Notes under the pieces: generated by a model
Told to the model about the DNA's origin: nothing
Databases searched by the model: none
Seen by the model: the letters and a program-made list of their open reading frames with translations, nothing else
Shown here: piece by piece, positions 18,876 through 28,030 of the stretch
How the letters are laid out: every line of letters starts with the position of its first letter
Position numbering within the stretch: position 1 is the first letter of the stretch
Program-made: the position numbers and the translations under genes
DNA from: an uncultured bacterium
GTDB lineage: Bacteria; Cyanobacteriota; Cyanobacteriia; Cyanobacteriales; JAABRE01
Direction: 5' to 3'
Assembly: GCA_964413275.1 (NCBI GenBank)
Contig: CAYPSO010000002.1
Span: 25,248-89,247, forward strand
Length of the DNA: 64,000 bases

Positions 18876-19018
18876 GTAGGGTGGGCAAAACAGGTTTAAT
18901 TATTGAGAACAAACCATAGAAAAATAATTCGTTTTGCCCACGATCCTGATGGTGGGCAATTCCATTTATAATTTTCGGATAGGTTAGATAATCTTAATTA
19001 GGGAATTGCCCACCCTAC
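18876..19018. repeat. Two adjacent GGTGGGCAA hairpin elements (family members 3 and 4)
   Basis: Element a: 11-bp arms GTGGGCAAAAC/GTTTTGCCCAC (18881-18891 / 18931-18941). Element b: 13-bp arms GGTGGGCAATTCC/GGAATTGCCCACC (18951-18963 / 19002-19014). The outermost GTAGGGTGGGCAA (18876-18888) is also perfectly complementary to TTGCCCACCCTAC (19006-19018). Confidence 0.85.
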
Positions 19019-19041
19019 CAAGATTTTATAAAACTAGATTA

Positions 19042-19998
19042 TCAACTCTGATAACTTTCATAAGCTGCCACAATTTTTTGTACTAATGGATGACGCACAA
19101 CATCAGCTTGAGAAAAACGACAAAAAGCTATGCCTTCAACTCCTTTTAAAATTCTTTCAGCTACGATTAATCCTGAGTCAACATGACTCGGTAAATCTGT
19201 TTGAGTAATGTCCCCTGTTACCACCATTTTTGAACTAAAACCTAACCGAGTTAGTACCATTTTTAATTGAGCAGGGGTGGTATTTTGGGCTTCATCCACA
19301 ATCACAAAAGCATTACTTAAAGTGCGCCCTCTCATATAGGCTAAAGGTGCAACTTCGATTTTGCCCCTTTCCATTAAATCAGGTATTTTGGCAGGATCGA
19401 TAAATTCGTATAAAGCATCATATAAAGGACGCAAAAAAGGGTTAACTTTTTGTTGTAAATCTCCGGGTAAAAAGCCTAGTTTTTCCCCTGCTTCTACGGC
19501 TGGCCGTGTTAAAATAAGGCGATCGCATTCATCATTTAATAAGGCTTGTACGGCTAAAACTGCCGCTAAAAAGGTTTTTCCCGTACCAGCCGGGCCAATA
19601 CAAAAGGTAATATCATGTTTTTGAATGGCTTTAATATATTGCCTTTGTTTGAATGTTTTTGCTCGAATTATTTCCCCTCTTCTGGTGCGTGCTAAAATAT
19701 TACTTTGTAAATCCTTATAGTCCTCTACACGACCAGTATCTATGGCTTGAAATGCAGTTATTATATCGGGCTGAGAAATAGTTTTAGCGTTTTCCCAATA
19801 AATTTTTAAAGCTTCAACGACTTGACGACATCTTTCTACTGGTTTAGCTTGACCATAGATACATAAATCTTGCCCACGCATCACTAAATTTGCGCCAGTA
19901 TGACGAGCAAAAAATTTGAGGTTTTCTTCGCCAACTCCTGCAAGGGCGATCGCACTTTCAGCACTAGGTAATTGAATTGTTATGGATGTTTCCGTCAT
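19042..19998 (-). CDS. phoH: PhoH-family ATPase
   Basis: Walker A GPAGTGKT, Walker B VIVDEAQN, and PhoH-typical GFLPGDL..K..P.LRPLYDAL. Confidence 0.92.
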   Translation of the reverse strand: MTETSITIQLPSAESAIALAGVGEENLKFFARHTGANLVMRGQDLCIYGQAKPVERCRQVVEALKIYWENAKTISQPDIITAFQAIDTGRVEDYKDLQSNILARTRRGEIIRAKTFKQRQYIKAIQKHDITFCIGPAGTGKTFLAAVLAVQALLNDECDRLILTRPAVEAGEKLGFLPGDLQQKVNPFLRPLYDALYEFIDPAKIPDLMERGKIEVAPLAYMRGRTLSNAFVIVDEAQNTTPAQLKMVLTRLGFSSKMVVTGDITQTDLPSHVDSGLIVAERILKGVEGIAFCRFSQADVVRHPLVQKIVAAYESYQS

Positions 19999-20102
19999 TC
20001 GTTAATTAATAAAAAAATTGCCATAGTCTTGATTAATCTTACCAATAATAAATAACTAATTACAAATTCAACTTACTATAAATAAGATTATTATAATTAT
20101 TT

Positions 20103-20756
20103 TCAGGTGAGATTCATGGCCTTAGCTAAAGATTGTTCGGCTTTAATAATTAATAAATCAAAAGTCATTTTTGCTGGTGGTATTAATCCAGCAATACCTA
20201 AGCTAAATTGACAAAATGAAGAAATATTTTTTTCCTGATTATTTGATAGTAAATGTCTTAAAGATAAACTAATCCTTTCTTTGACTACTTTTGCTCCTTC
20301 TAAATTGGTATTTGGTAATAAAATTGCAAATTCGTAGTGACGGTAACGAGCAACTAAGTCTGCTGGACGATGTACTGAACCATTAATACTTTTTGCTATT
20401 TTTTGCAGAATTTTATTTTCTAAATTTGGATTATCATTAAAGTTAATAGCACATAAAATTAACGATAAAGGACAATTTTCCCTTAACATTCTCAGCCATT
20501 CACGATTAAGATGTTCGGAAAATTTAGCATAATTTGCGAGTCCAGTTAACTCATCTATATCGTTTACTACAAATCTGTGATAATGGCTGATTTCCTTAAC
20601 TAATTCGATTTCTTGAATGTTATCGCAAAAAGCATAAGGTACTTCTTGATGACAGTGAATACAAAACCAATATGGTTTTCCCTGGGATACCTGACAAACT
20701 AATCTAGAGCCACAAAATGGACATAAATGCTGATTGGGCATAAGCACCTCCTCCAA
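20103..20756 (-). CDS. Zinc-ribbon plus degenerate GGDEF-domain protein (probably not a cyclase)
   Basis: N-terminal CPFC...CIHC ribbon. GGDEF fold opens with DELTGLAN, but the signature is RYRHYEFAILL instead of RYGGDEFAILL, and the metal-binding DxD region reads AINFND. Confidence 0.75.
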   Translation of the reverse strand: MEEVLMPNQHLCPFCGSRLVCQVSQGKPYWFCIHCHQEVPYAFCDNIQEIELVKEISHYHRFVVNDIDELTGLANYAKFSEHLNREWLRMLRENCPLSLILCAINFNDNPNLENKILQKIAKSINGSVHRPADLVARYRHYEFAILLPNTNLEGAKVVKERISLSLRHLLSNNQEKNISSFCQFSLGIAGLIPPAKMTFDLLIIKAEQSLAKAMNLT

Positions 20757-20966
20757 CGTATTAGGTAAAGTTGGAATTAATGAGCTTTTAACTTCATCCT
20801 TGCCTTCTACCTTTAGTTTTATTTATAAATGTAAAAAAATGTCAAAATCTTTTTAAAACTATAAAAAAGTTATCAAAAATTAATTATTTAGTAGTTTAAA
20901 TTACCGTTTTTTAAGGAATAAATATGCTATGATTATAGGTTATGTTAACAAAAAAATTCTCATTGA

Positions 20967-21689
20967 ATGAATATTAGCTCAAAAAATCTCATTTATCAGT
21001 ATCCCCCTCTTACTGAAGGAATTTTAATTAAAAGATATAAAAGATTTATGGCTGATATTCAGCTTGACTCTGGAGAAATCATAACTGCTCATTGTCCAAA
21101 TACTGGCCCAATGACAGGAGTTTGTATTCTAGGTAGTAAAGTACAAGTTTCCCATAGTAATAATCCTAAACGAAAATTAGCTTATACGTGGGAAATGATT
21201 GATATAAATAATACTTGGGTTGGTGTCAATACAGCTTTACCCAATCGAGTTATTAAAATAGCCTTAGAAAAATTTATTTTTCCAGAATTAGGAAAATATA
21301 GTGAAATTCGTCCTGAAATTTCTTTAGGTAAAGAGAAAAAAAGTCGGATTGATTTTTTATTAACTGGTGGAGAAAAAGACATTTATTTAGAAGTAAAAAA
21401 TACTACTTGGGCTAAACAAAATATTGCTTTATTTCCCGATACCGTAACCACCAGAGGACAAAAACATTTACATGAATTAATAGATTTACTAACCATAGCC
21501 AAACCAGTAATGCTATATTTTATTAATCGTGAAGACTGCCATAAATTCCAACCCGGAGATGAAACAGATCCAGAATATGGTAGATTATTAAGAAAAGCAA
21601 TAAACGCAGGGGTAAAAATTATGCCCTGTCGGTTTAAAATTAGTCCTAAAGGAATTGAATATTTAGGATTAGCTGAAATAGATTTTTAA
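20967..21689 (+). CDS. sfsA: Sugar fermentation stimulation protein A homologue
   Basis: Full-length SfsA-like: KRYKRFMADI, HCPNTGPM, IDFLL, YLEVKN. Confidence 0.9.
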   Translation: MNISSKNLIYQYPPLTEGILIKRYKRFMADIQLDSGEIITAHCPNTGPMTGVCILGSKVQVSHSNNPKRKLAYTWEMIDINNTWVGVNTALPNRVIKIALEKFIFPELGKYSEIRPEISLGKEKKSRIDFLLTGGEKDIYLEVKNTTWAKQNIALFPDTVTTRGQKHLHELIDLLTIAKPVMLYFINREDCHKFQPGDETDPEYGRLLRKAINAGVKIMPCRFKISPKGIEYLGLAEIDF

Positions 21690-21714
21690 AGATTAAGTAA
21701 AATACTAAATTATT

Positions 21715-22569
21715 ATGTCTAGTCCGACTGCTACTTTATTAATATCTTGTCCAGATCAACAGGGTTTAGTCGCCAAAATTGCTAATTTTATTTATGCTAA
21801 TGGCGGTAATATTATTCATGCAGATCAACATACAGATTTTACTAAAGGTTTTTTTTTGAGCCGTATTGAATGGCAATTAGAAGGTTTTAATTTACCACGA
21901 GAAGTAATTGCTCCTGCTTTTGAAGCTATAGCTAAACCCTTAAATATTAACTGGCAATTACATTTTTCCGATTATCTGCCCAAAATTGCTATTTGGATCA
22001 CTAAACAAGACCATTGTTTATTAGATTTATTATGGCGACAACAAGCCAAAGAAATGCCAGCTGAAATTCCTTTAATTATTAGTAATCATCGAGATTTAGA
22101 ACCAGTAGCCCAACAATTTAACATAGATTTTCATCACTTACCTATTACAAAAGAAAATAAATTAGAGCAGGAAATTAAACAATTAGAATTATTACAAGAA
22201 TACAACATAGATTTAGTTGTTTTAGCTAAATATATGCAGGTTTTAACCCCAGAATTTATTAATAATTTTCCTAAAGTAATTAATATTCATCATTCGTTTT
22301 TACCAGCATTTCCGGGAGCAAATCCCTATCAAAGAGCCTATGAAAGGGGAGTAAAAATTATTGGTGCTACTGCCCATTATGTCACTGCTGATTTAGATGA
22401 AGGGCCAATTATTGCTCAAGAAGTAGCTCATATTAGTCATAGAGATAGCGTTCATGATTTAATCAGAAAAGGTAAAGATTTAGAACGATTAGTATTAGCT
22501 AGAGCAGTACGTTTTCATTTGCAAAATAGGGTTTTAGTTTATAGTAATCGCACAGTAGTTTTTGAATAA
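21715..22569 (+). CDS. purU: Formyltetrahydrofolate deformylase
   Basis: N-terminal ACT domain (LLISCPDQQGLVAKI). Formyltransferase core INIHHSFLPAFPGANPY...GVKIIGATAHYVT..LDEGPII. Confidence 0.93.
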   Translation: MSSPTATLLISCPDQQGLVAKIANFIYANGGNIIHADQHTDFTKGFFLSRIEWQLEGFNLPREVIAPAFEAIAKPLNINWQLHFSDYLPKIAIWITKQDHCLLDLLWRQQAKEMPAEIPLIISNHRDLEPVAQQFNIDFHHLPITKENKLEQEIKQLELLQEYNIDLVVLAKYMQVLTPEFINNFPKVINIHHSFLPAFPGANPYQRAYERGVKIIGATAHYVTADLDEGPIIAQEVAHISHRDSVHDLIRKGKDLERLVLARAVRFHLQNRVLVYSNRTVVFE

Positions 22570-22627
22570 AGTCAGTGTGCTAATGAGATTAGCTATAATT
22601 AAATCTTAAATTAATAAACTCAAATTA

Positions 22628-24418
22628 ATGTTTAATTCCTCAGAAAGATTAAAAGAAAATGACTGGCGGTTATTATTAAAACTTTTGCCCTATGCCAATC
22701 GTCATCGGAAAGTATTATTAATTGTTTTAATCTTGCTTATTCCTATGTCAGTAGCGGGGGCAATTCAACCGTTAATTATAGGAGAAACAATTTCATTATT
22801 AAGAAATGAGGAAGGATGGACATTTTTAAAGAATTTATCTTTAGCCCAAGGATTAAATACTCTAGTTTTATTATTATTGGCTTCAATATTAATCCGTTTA
22901 ATTTTTGTAGCTTTTCAAGGTTACTTAGTACAAAAAGTAGGGCAAGAAATTACGGCCGATGTACGGGAAGATTTATTTAGTCATGTTACCTCTTTAGCTG
23001 CTAATTTTTTCGATCGCACACCTGTGGGTAAATTAGTAACTAGAATAACTAATGATGTCGAAGCTTTAGGAGAAGTTTTTGCCAGTGGTGCTATTGGCAT
23101 TTTAAGTGATATTGTTTATATTATTGTCATAATTATCACTATTTTTAGTTTGCAATGGCAATTAGCTTCAATCTTAGTATTAATGTTAATTCCTACCAGT
23201 GGATTAATTATTTATTTTCAGAAAAAATATAGAGCAGCAAACTATCAAGCACGGGAAGAATTATCAAAACTTAATTCCATGTTACAGGAAAATATCACAG
23301 GAATTAATATAGTTCAATTATTTCGTCGAGAAACTTTTAATAGCGAACTTTTTAAAAGTATTAATAAAAAATATTTAACCTCCATAGATAAAACTATTTT
23401 TCATGATTCGGCAGTTTCTGCTACCTTGGAATGGATATCTTTAATAGCCATTGGTGTGATAATTTGGTTAGGAGGAGTATTGGTTTTAAAAGATACTTTA
23501 ACCTATGGTACTTTATCCGCATTCATTTTATATTCCCAGAGATTATTTAATCCTTTAAGACAATTTGCTGATAAATTCACCATGTTTCAATCAGGTTTTA
23601 CAGCCATAGAAAGAATCACAGAATTAATGAACGAACCAATAATAATTAAAGATAATAATGTTACTAATTTACCTCAAGAAATAGAAAAAAAAGGTGAAAT
23701 TATTTTTGATAATGTCTGGTTTGCTTATAAAGAAGATGATTATGTTTTAAAAGATTTAAACTTTACCATTAATCCGGGAGAAAAAGTCGCCTTAGTAGGG
23801 CCAACAGGAGCGGGTAAAAGTTCAATTATTAGGTTACTATGTCGTCTATACGAACCAACTAAAGGAAAAATTTTAGTAGATGGTATTGATATTCGTGATA
23901 TTCCCCAACAGGAGTTAAGACGTTATGTAGGTGTAATTTTACAGGAAAGTTTTTTATTTGCTGGTGATGTTAAAAAGAACATTACTTTAGGAGAAAAATA
24001 TCAATTAGAAGCAATAAAAAAAGCAGCAAAATTAACCAATGTCGCTAATTTTATTGAAGACTTACCCGCAGGATATGATACCGAATTACGGGAAAGAGGT
24101 ACTAATTTATCGGCGGGACAAAAACAACTTTTAGCCTTCGCTAGAGTCGCAATTCGTAACCCTGATGTTTTGGTTTTAGATGAAGCAACTTCTAGTTTAG
24201 ATGTGGGTACAGAAGCTTTAATTCAAGAAGCATTAGATAAATTATTAATTAATCGTACTGCAATTATAATTGCCCATCGTTTATCAACCATTCGTAATGT
24301 AGATAAAATTTTGGTACTAAAACAGGGACAATTATTAGAAGCTGGTAGCCATGAAGAATTATTAACTAAAGGTGGCTTATATGCTAGTTTATATCAATTA
24401 CAAATGTTAGGAAATTAA
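22628..24418 (+). CDS. ABC exporter, fused permease/ATPase (MsbA/MdlB-like)
   Basis: Six-TM ABC membrane domain, then Walker A GPTGAGKS, signature LSAGQKQ and Walker B VLVLDEATS. Confidence 0.9.
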   Translation: MFNSSERLKENDWRLLLKLLPYANRHRKVLLIVLILLIPMSVAGAIQPLIIGETISLLRNEEGWTFLKNLSLAQGLNTLVLLLLASILIRLIFVAFQGYLVQKVGQEITADVREDLFSHVTSLAANFFDRTPVGKLVTRITNDVEALGEVFASGAIGILSDIVYIIVIIITIFSLQWQLASILVLMLIPTSGLIIYFQKKYRAANYQAREELSKLNSMLQENITGINIVQLFRRETFNSELFKSINKKYLTSIDKTIFHDSAVSATLEWISLIAIGVIIWLGGVLVLKDTLTYGTLSAFILYSQRLFNPLRQFADKFTMFQSGFTAIERITELMNEPIIIKDNNVTNLPQEIEKKGEIIFDNVWFAYKEDDYVLKDLNFTINPGEKVALVGPTGAGKSSIIRLLCRLYEPTKGKILVDGIDIRDIPQQELRRYVGVILQESFLFAGDVKKNITLGEKYQLEAIKKAAKLTNVANFIEDLPAGYDTELRERGTNLSAGQKQLLAFARVAIRNPDVLVLDEATSSLDVGTEALIQEALDKLLINRTAIIIAHRLSTIRNVDKILVLKQGQLLEAGSHEELLTKGGLYASLYQLQMLGN

Positions 24419-24440
24419 AAGATTCTTTAGGGTGTAAAAT

Positions 24441-25289
24441 ATGATTTATGACATTAAAACATTTGCTACAAAACAGATGAAATCTTATTTAGCCGCCGCT
24501 ATTCAAATGACAAGTAAGCCAGACTTAGCAAAAAATTTGGCTGAAGCTGAGGAATTAATTGATTTAGCTGTGCGTCAAGGCGCACAATTAGTAACATTAC
24601 CAGAAAACTTTGCTTTTTTGGGTCAAGAAAAAGATAAATTAGCCCAATCAGAGAAAATTGCCCTTGAGAGTGAAAAATTTCTCAAGAAAATGGCGCAAAA
24701 GTACCAAATCACCATCTTAGGTGGTGGTTTTCCTGTGCCTGTAGATAGTGGTAAAGCTTTCAATACAGCACTTTTAATCGATCCCAATGGCAATGAATTG
24801 GTTCGTTATCAAAAGGTTCATCTGTTTGATGTCAATGTGCCTGATGGTAATACCTATATGGAGTCTAGCACTGTGATGGCTGGTCAACATTTGCCTCCAG
24901 TTTATGAGTCGGAAACTCTAGGCAATTTAGGTTTTTCGGTTTGTTATGATGTTCGTTTCCCAGAATTGTATCGCCACTTATCAAAACAGGGAGCGGAGGT
25001 ATTATTTATACCGGCAGCTTTTACAGCTTATACTGGTAAAGACCATTGGCAGGTTTTATTACAAGCCAGAGCGATTGAAAATACCTGTTACGTGATTGCA
25101 CCTGCTCAAACGGGAAATCATTATGAAATGCGTCATACCCACGGCCATGCCATGATTATTGACCCTTGGGGAGTTATTTTAGCAGATGCTGGTGAAAAAC
25201 CCGGAGTTGCGATCGCAGAAATTAATCCTAATCGTTTACAACAAGTCAGGCGACAAATGCCTTCTTTACAACACCGCATTTTTGCTTAA
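24441..25289 (+). CDS. Carbon-nitrogen hydrolase (Nit/omega-amidase-like)
   Basis: Catalytic Glu (TLPENF), Lys (YQKVHLFD) and Cys (SVCYDVRFPE) contexts. The true start may be the internal ATG 12 codons in (MKSYLAAAIQ). Confidence 0.88.
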   Translation: MIYDIKTFATKQMKSYLAAAIQMTSKPDLAKNLAEAEELIDLAVRQGAQLVTLPENFAFLGQEKDKLAQSEKIALESEKFLKKMAQKYQITILGGGFPVPVDSGKAFNTALLIDPNGNELVRYQKVHLFDVNVPDGNTYMESSTVMAGQHLPPVYESETLGNLGFSVCYDVRFPELYRHLSKQGAEVLFIPAAFTAYTGKDHWQVLLQARAIENTCYVIAPAQTGNHYEMRHTHGHAMIIDPWGVILADAGEKPGVAIAEINPNRLQQVRRQMPSLQHRIFA

Positions 25290-25426
25290 TTAACTTGGAT
25301 TCGACAAACCTATTCATTGAGCATTTATTAGTGTTCAATGTTTAGGGAAATCATTGTTGATACAAGCATTACCCTGAAAAATCCTTTTATTGTTAAATTA
25401 TTTAATATATTCACTACATTACAATT

Positions 25427-26209
25427 TTAACTATTTTCTAACCAATTATTTAAGTCAGTTAAAGAATTAAAATCTAGCAAAGCTTCCCCTAAATCTTCTA
25501 GAGTTTTTAGGGGTAATGAGGTAATTTCTGCTTCTAAATTGACTGTAATTTGCCTATTTTTCTTTTTAACTGACGAATAATTAATAAACTAGCTTCCTAT
25601 AGCAAATAAGTTCCCTATTAATTCTAATACATTCTCTCGATAAGAATGGTTTTTGGGTAGTGCTTTAATCTCGTCAATGGCTTTTTCTTGTACTTTTCCT
25701 TTTCCTAGCATCCTTAACCACAAGGTTTCTCGCTCTACGGCTAACTGATGTATTACTACTATTGCTGTGTTTAATCCTGGTGGTAAAAAATAAATTCCTT
25801 CTGGCCAATCTGCTGAAGTTTTAGCTGCGAATAATTCTAATTTTTGAGCTGCTAAGGTGGGGGTTAGTATCCAGAGAAAAGGTATTTCTTCTGGTAATAA
25901 GTTTTCTGAATTTGTTCTTTTTTCTCTTCTAATTGTTAATTGAATATCAAATAATTTACTTAAGCATTCGGTTATTTGATGTGTTTTAACTGGATTTCTA
26001 AATACTTCAAATAAGGAGGTTTTCTGAGCTAATTTTCCTAACAATCCTAATGTCTCAGGTGTAGTAGGTACTTCTTTGGTTGGTTTAAAGAAGACATCAA
26101 TTTCTCTTCTTTCGGCATTAACGTCAAATCCTGAGTTGGCTTGACCATAATCTTTAATTAATTCGGGAAGGTATTATTTGATAAATTCGTCATGGGGAAA
26201 TTGGCTCAT
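25427..26209 (-). pseudogene. Disrupted gene of a cyanobacterial DUF4351-tailed family (two in-frame stops)
   Basis: One continuous frame from ATG 26209 to TAA 25427-25429, interrupted by TAA at 26174-26176 (MSQFPHDEFIK*YLPELIKDYGQ) and TAG at 25589-25591 (..FAIGS*FINYSS..). The tail LEDLGEALLDFNSLTDLNNWL is a DUF4351-type C-terminus. Confidence 0.7.
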
Positions 26210-26350
26210 TTAAGAATGTAGATGGTATGATTATTATTAATTGGTTTTAAGTTAAAAATAATATCATTAAAATTAGACTAATTTTTGACAAAATTTTATC
26301 GCTCAATGAAACTCTAAAAAATCAATTTTAGTTTTGTATCAAATTTTTAT

Positions 26351-26411
26351 GGTGCGTCACACATAAAGAAAATCTGCTTAGTTATTTGTTATTTTATTTG
26401 ACGCACCCTAC
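26351..26411. repeat. Variant hairpin element (GGTGCGTCA / TGACGCACC)
   Basis: Perfect 9-bp arms (26351-26359 / 26399-26407). The right arm is followed by CTAC, so the minus strand reads GTAGGGTGCGTCA, compared with GTAGGGTGGGCAA in the main family. Confidence 0.6.
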
Positions 26412-26739
26412 GAGATTGCTTCAATTATGATTAATCATTTACTATAGGCTTATTCAGCAGACCCTAATTAGAAAGTTAGGGTTTGATTCAACGAAGGCTT
26501 GTCAAATATCTGGAAGAGTTGAGCGGTTGGATTAATCGACCTGTGGAATCGGGAAGTAGTAGGACTCGATTTTTTCCGGTTGAATAATTATCTGTAGATA
26601 ATGGTTACATTTCTTAATATTGTGTCTTATTTGGCACGTATCTTTTCCCTACCACCAAACGCCAATATGACTGGCTAGAAATAATAAAAACAAACCCTTG
26701 ACCTTATACATATGTCAATTAAATAGGAGATTTTTCATC

Positions 26740-26979
26740 ATGAGCCAACTTCAAGTTGAGATTTTAGGTAGTGGTTGTAAGAAATGTCAATTAGAAGCCA
26801 ATGCCAAAGAAGCGATCGCCTCTGTTGGTAAAGAAGCCCAAGTGCATCACATTACCGACACAATGGAAATTGTTAAGCGTGGGGTAATGAAAACTCCTGC
26901 ACTGGTGATTGAAGGTAAGGTCGTCAGTCAAGGAAAAGTCCTTACCCTTGAACAAATTAAACCTTTACTACCAGCTTAA
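26740..26979 (+). CDS. Small thioredoxin-fold protein (redox-active disulfide protein 2 type)
   Basis: 79 aa from ATG 26740, with AGGAG 8 nt upstream. CxxC motif GSGCKKC. Architecture matches the small thioredoxin-like proteins usually paired with a COG0701 permease. The track's 26698 start is less likely. Confidence 0.8.
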   Translation: MSQLQVEILGSGCKKCQLEANAKEAIASVGKEAQVHHITDTMEIVKRGVMKTPALVIEGKVVSQGKVLTLEQIKPLLPA

Positions 26980-27018
26980 TTTGATTAAACTTCTAGCTTA
27001 TCAGGGGAGGATCGGTTT

Positions 27019-27490
27019 ATGCATTTTTGGAAAGAGGAATGGAAGCCACTGGTTCTAATTGTGGCAGTTTTCCTAGTCTGTTTTTATTTACCCATAGAAG
27101 CTCTTCAGCAGTCAGAAAGATTACAAAATGCTGTTTGGTGTCTTGGTAGCAGGTGCTTTACTGGGTCGCCCTGGTCACGAAGCCCTGATTCCCTCCGAGT
27201 GGGTCGCTTGGGCTGTAGGTGGCAACTCCCTCTTTTCCAACTTTTTTGCAGCACTTGCGGGGGCTTTTATGTACTTTGCTACCCTAACTGAAGTACCGAT
27301 TATTCAAGGGTTGATTGGCAATGGTATGGGTCAAGGTCCAGCTTTGGCATTATTGTTGGCAGGACCAGCACTATCTTTACCCAATATGCTGGTGATTCGC
27401 AGTATCCTGGGAACAAAGAAAACGGTAGCGTTTATCTCCTTAGTCGTAGTTATGGCTACTATTAGTGGTATTATAATGGGAGATATGTAG
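27019..27490 (+). pseudogene. COG0701-type permease with a large internal deletion and frameshift
   Basis: Frame 1 gives only the N-terminal ~40 aa (MHFWKEEWKPLVLIVAVFLVCFYLP..). Frame 2, from about 27128, gives the conserved C-terminal ~120 aa (GAFMYFATLTEVPIIQGL..GPALALLLAGPALSLPNML). The central ~200+ residues expected for this family are absent. Confidence 0.7.
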
Positions 27491-27492
27491 TA

Positions 27493-28030
27493 AGTTATAA
27501 TAATCAAGCGATTAGCCTCAAATCCCTAAAACAGGGATTAATTCATCCTAGTCAAACTAATATTTATGTAAAAACTAAAGTAAAAAAACCAGAACAGGTC
27601 AGAATCATACCGAAAAACAAGGCTTATGTAATTGAAGTAGTTGACGAACAATTCGTAACTCAATCATCCTTACCTGAAAAAAGAATAGCTGCTCTAGATT
27701 TAGGCTTAAATAATTTAGCGACTTTAAGTAGCAATTTACCTAATTATCAGCCCAAAATCTACGATGGGAGGGCGCTTAAAAGTGAAATTAACGGTCGAAT
27801 CCTACACATCTAAATGTTCAGCTTTAGAATTAGAACCATTAAAAAAACAGAAGAATTATTTAGGAAAAAGAATTAAAAGAGGCTTATTTAAAACCAGTTC
27901 ATCCAAGCTAATTAATGCGGACTTAAATGGTTCATTAAATATTGGTCGAAAAGTAGTGGGAAATGACTTTATAGTCTCATCTCATAGTGGTTGCGTAGTT
28001 CAGCCCATAAGGATTCGTCCTTATCAATAA
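27493..28030 (+). pseudogene. tnpB: IS200/IS605-family TnpB (OrfB) relic, N-terminally truncated and internally deleted
   Basis: 27496-27810 encodes the mid-part (VRIIPKNKAYVIEVV...AALDLGLNNLATL...GRALKS). A second frame, 27764-28030, encodes the C-terminal part (ESYTSKCS...INADLNGSLNIGRKV). The ~150 aa between them and the first ~100 aa are missing. Confidence 0.75.

Noticed and set aside
27019-27291. 90-aa ORF (MHFWKEEW...CYPN)
   Set aside because: Only the first ~40 codons resemble a permease N-terminus. The rest is a Cys/Arg/Trp-rich out-of-frame reading of the permease C-terminal region. It is treated as part of one pseudogene.
27764-28030. 88-aa ORF presented as a stand-alone gene
   Set aside because: It is only the C-terminal fragment of a TnpB pseudogene. 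Its first ~10 codons (MGGRLKVKL) are out-of-frame readthrough of the deletion junction.
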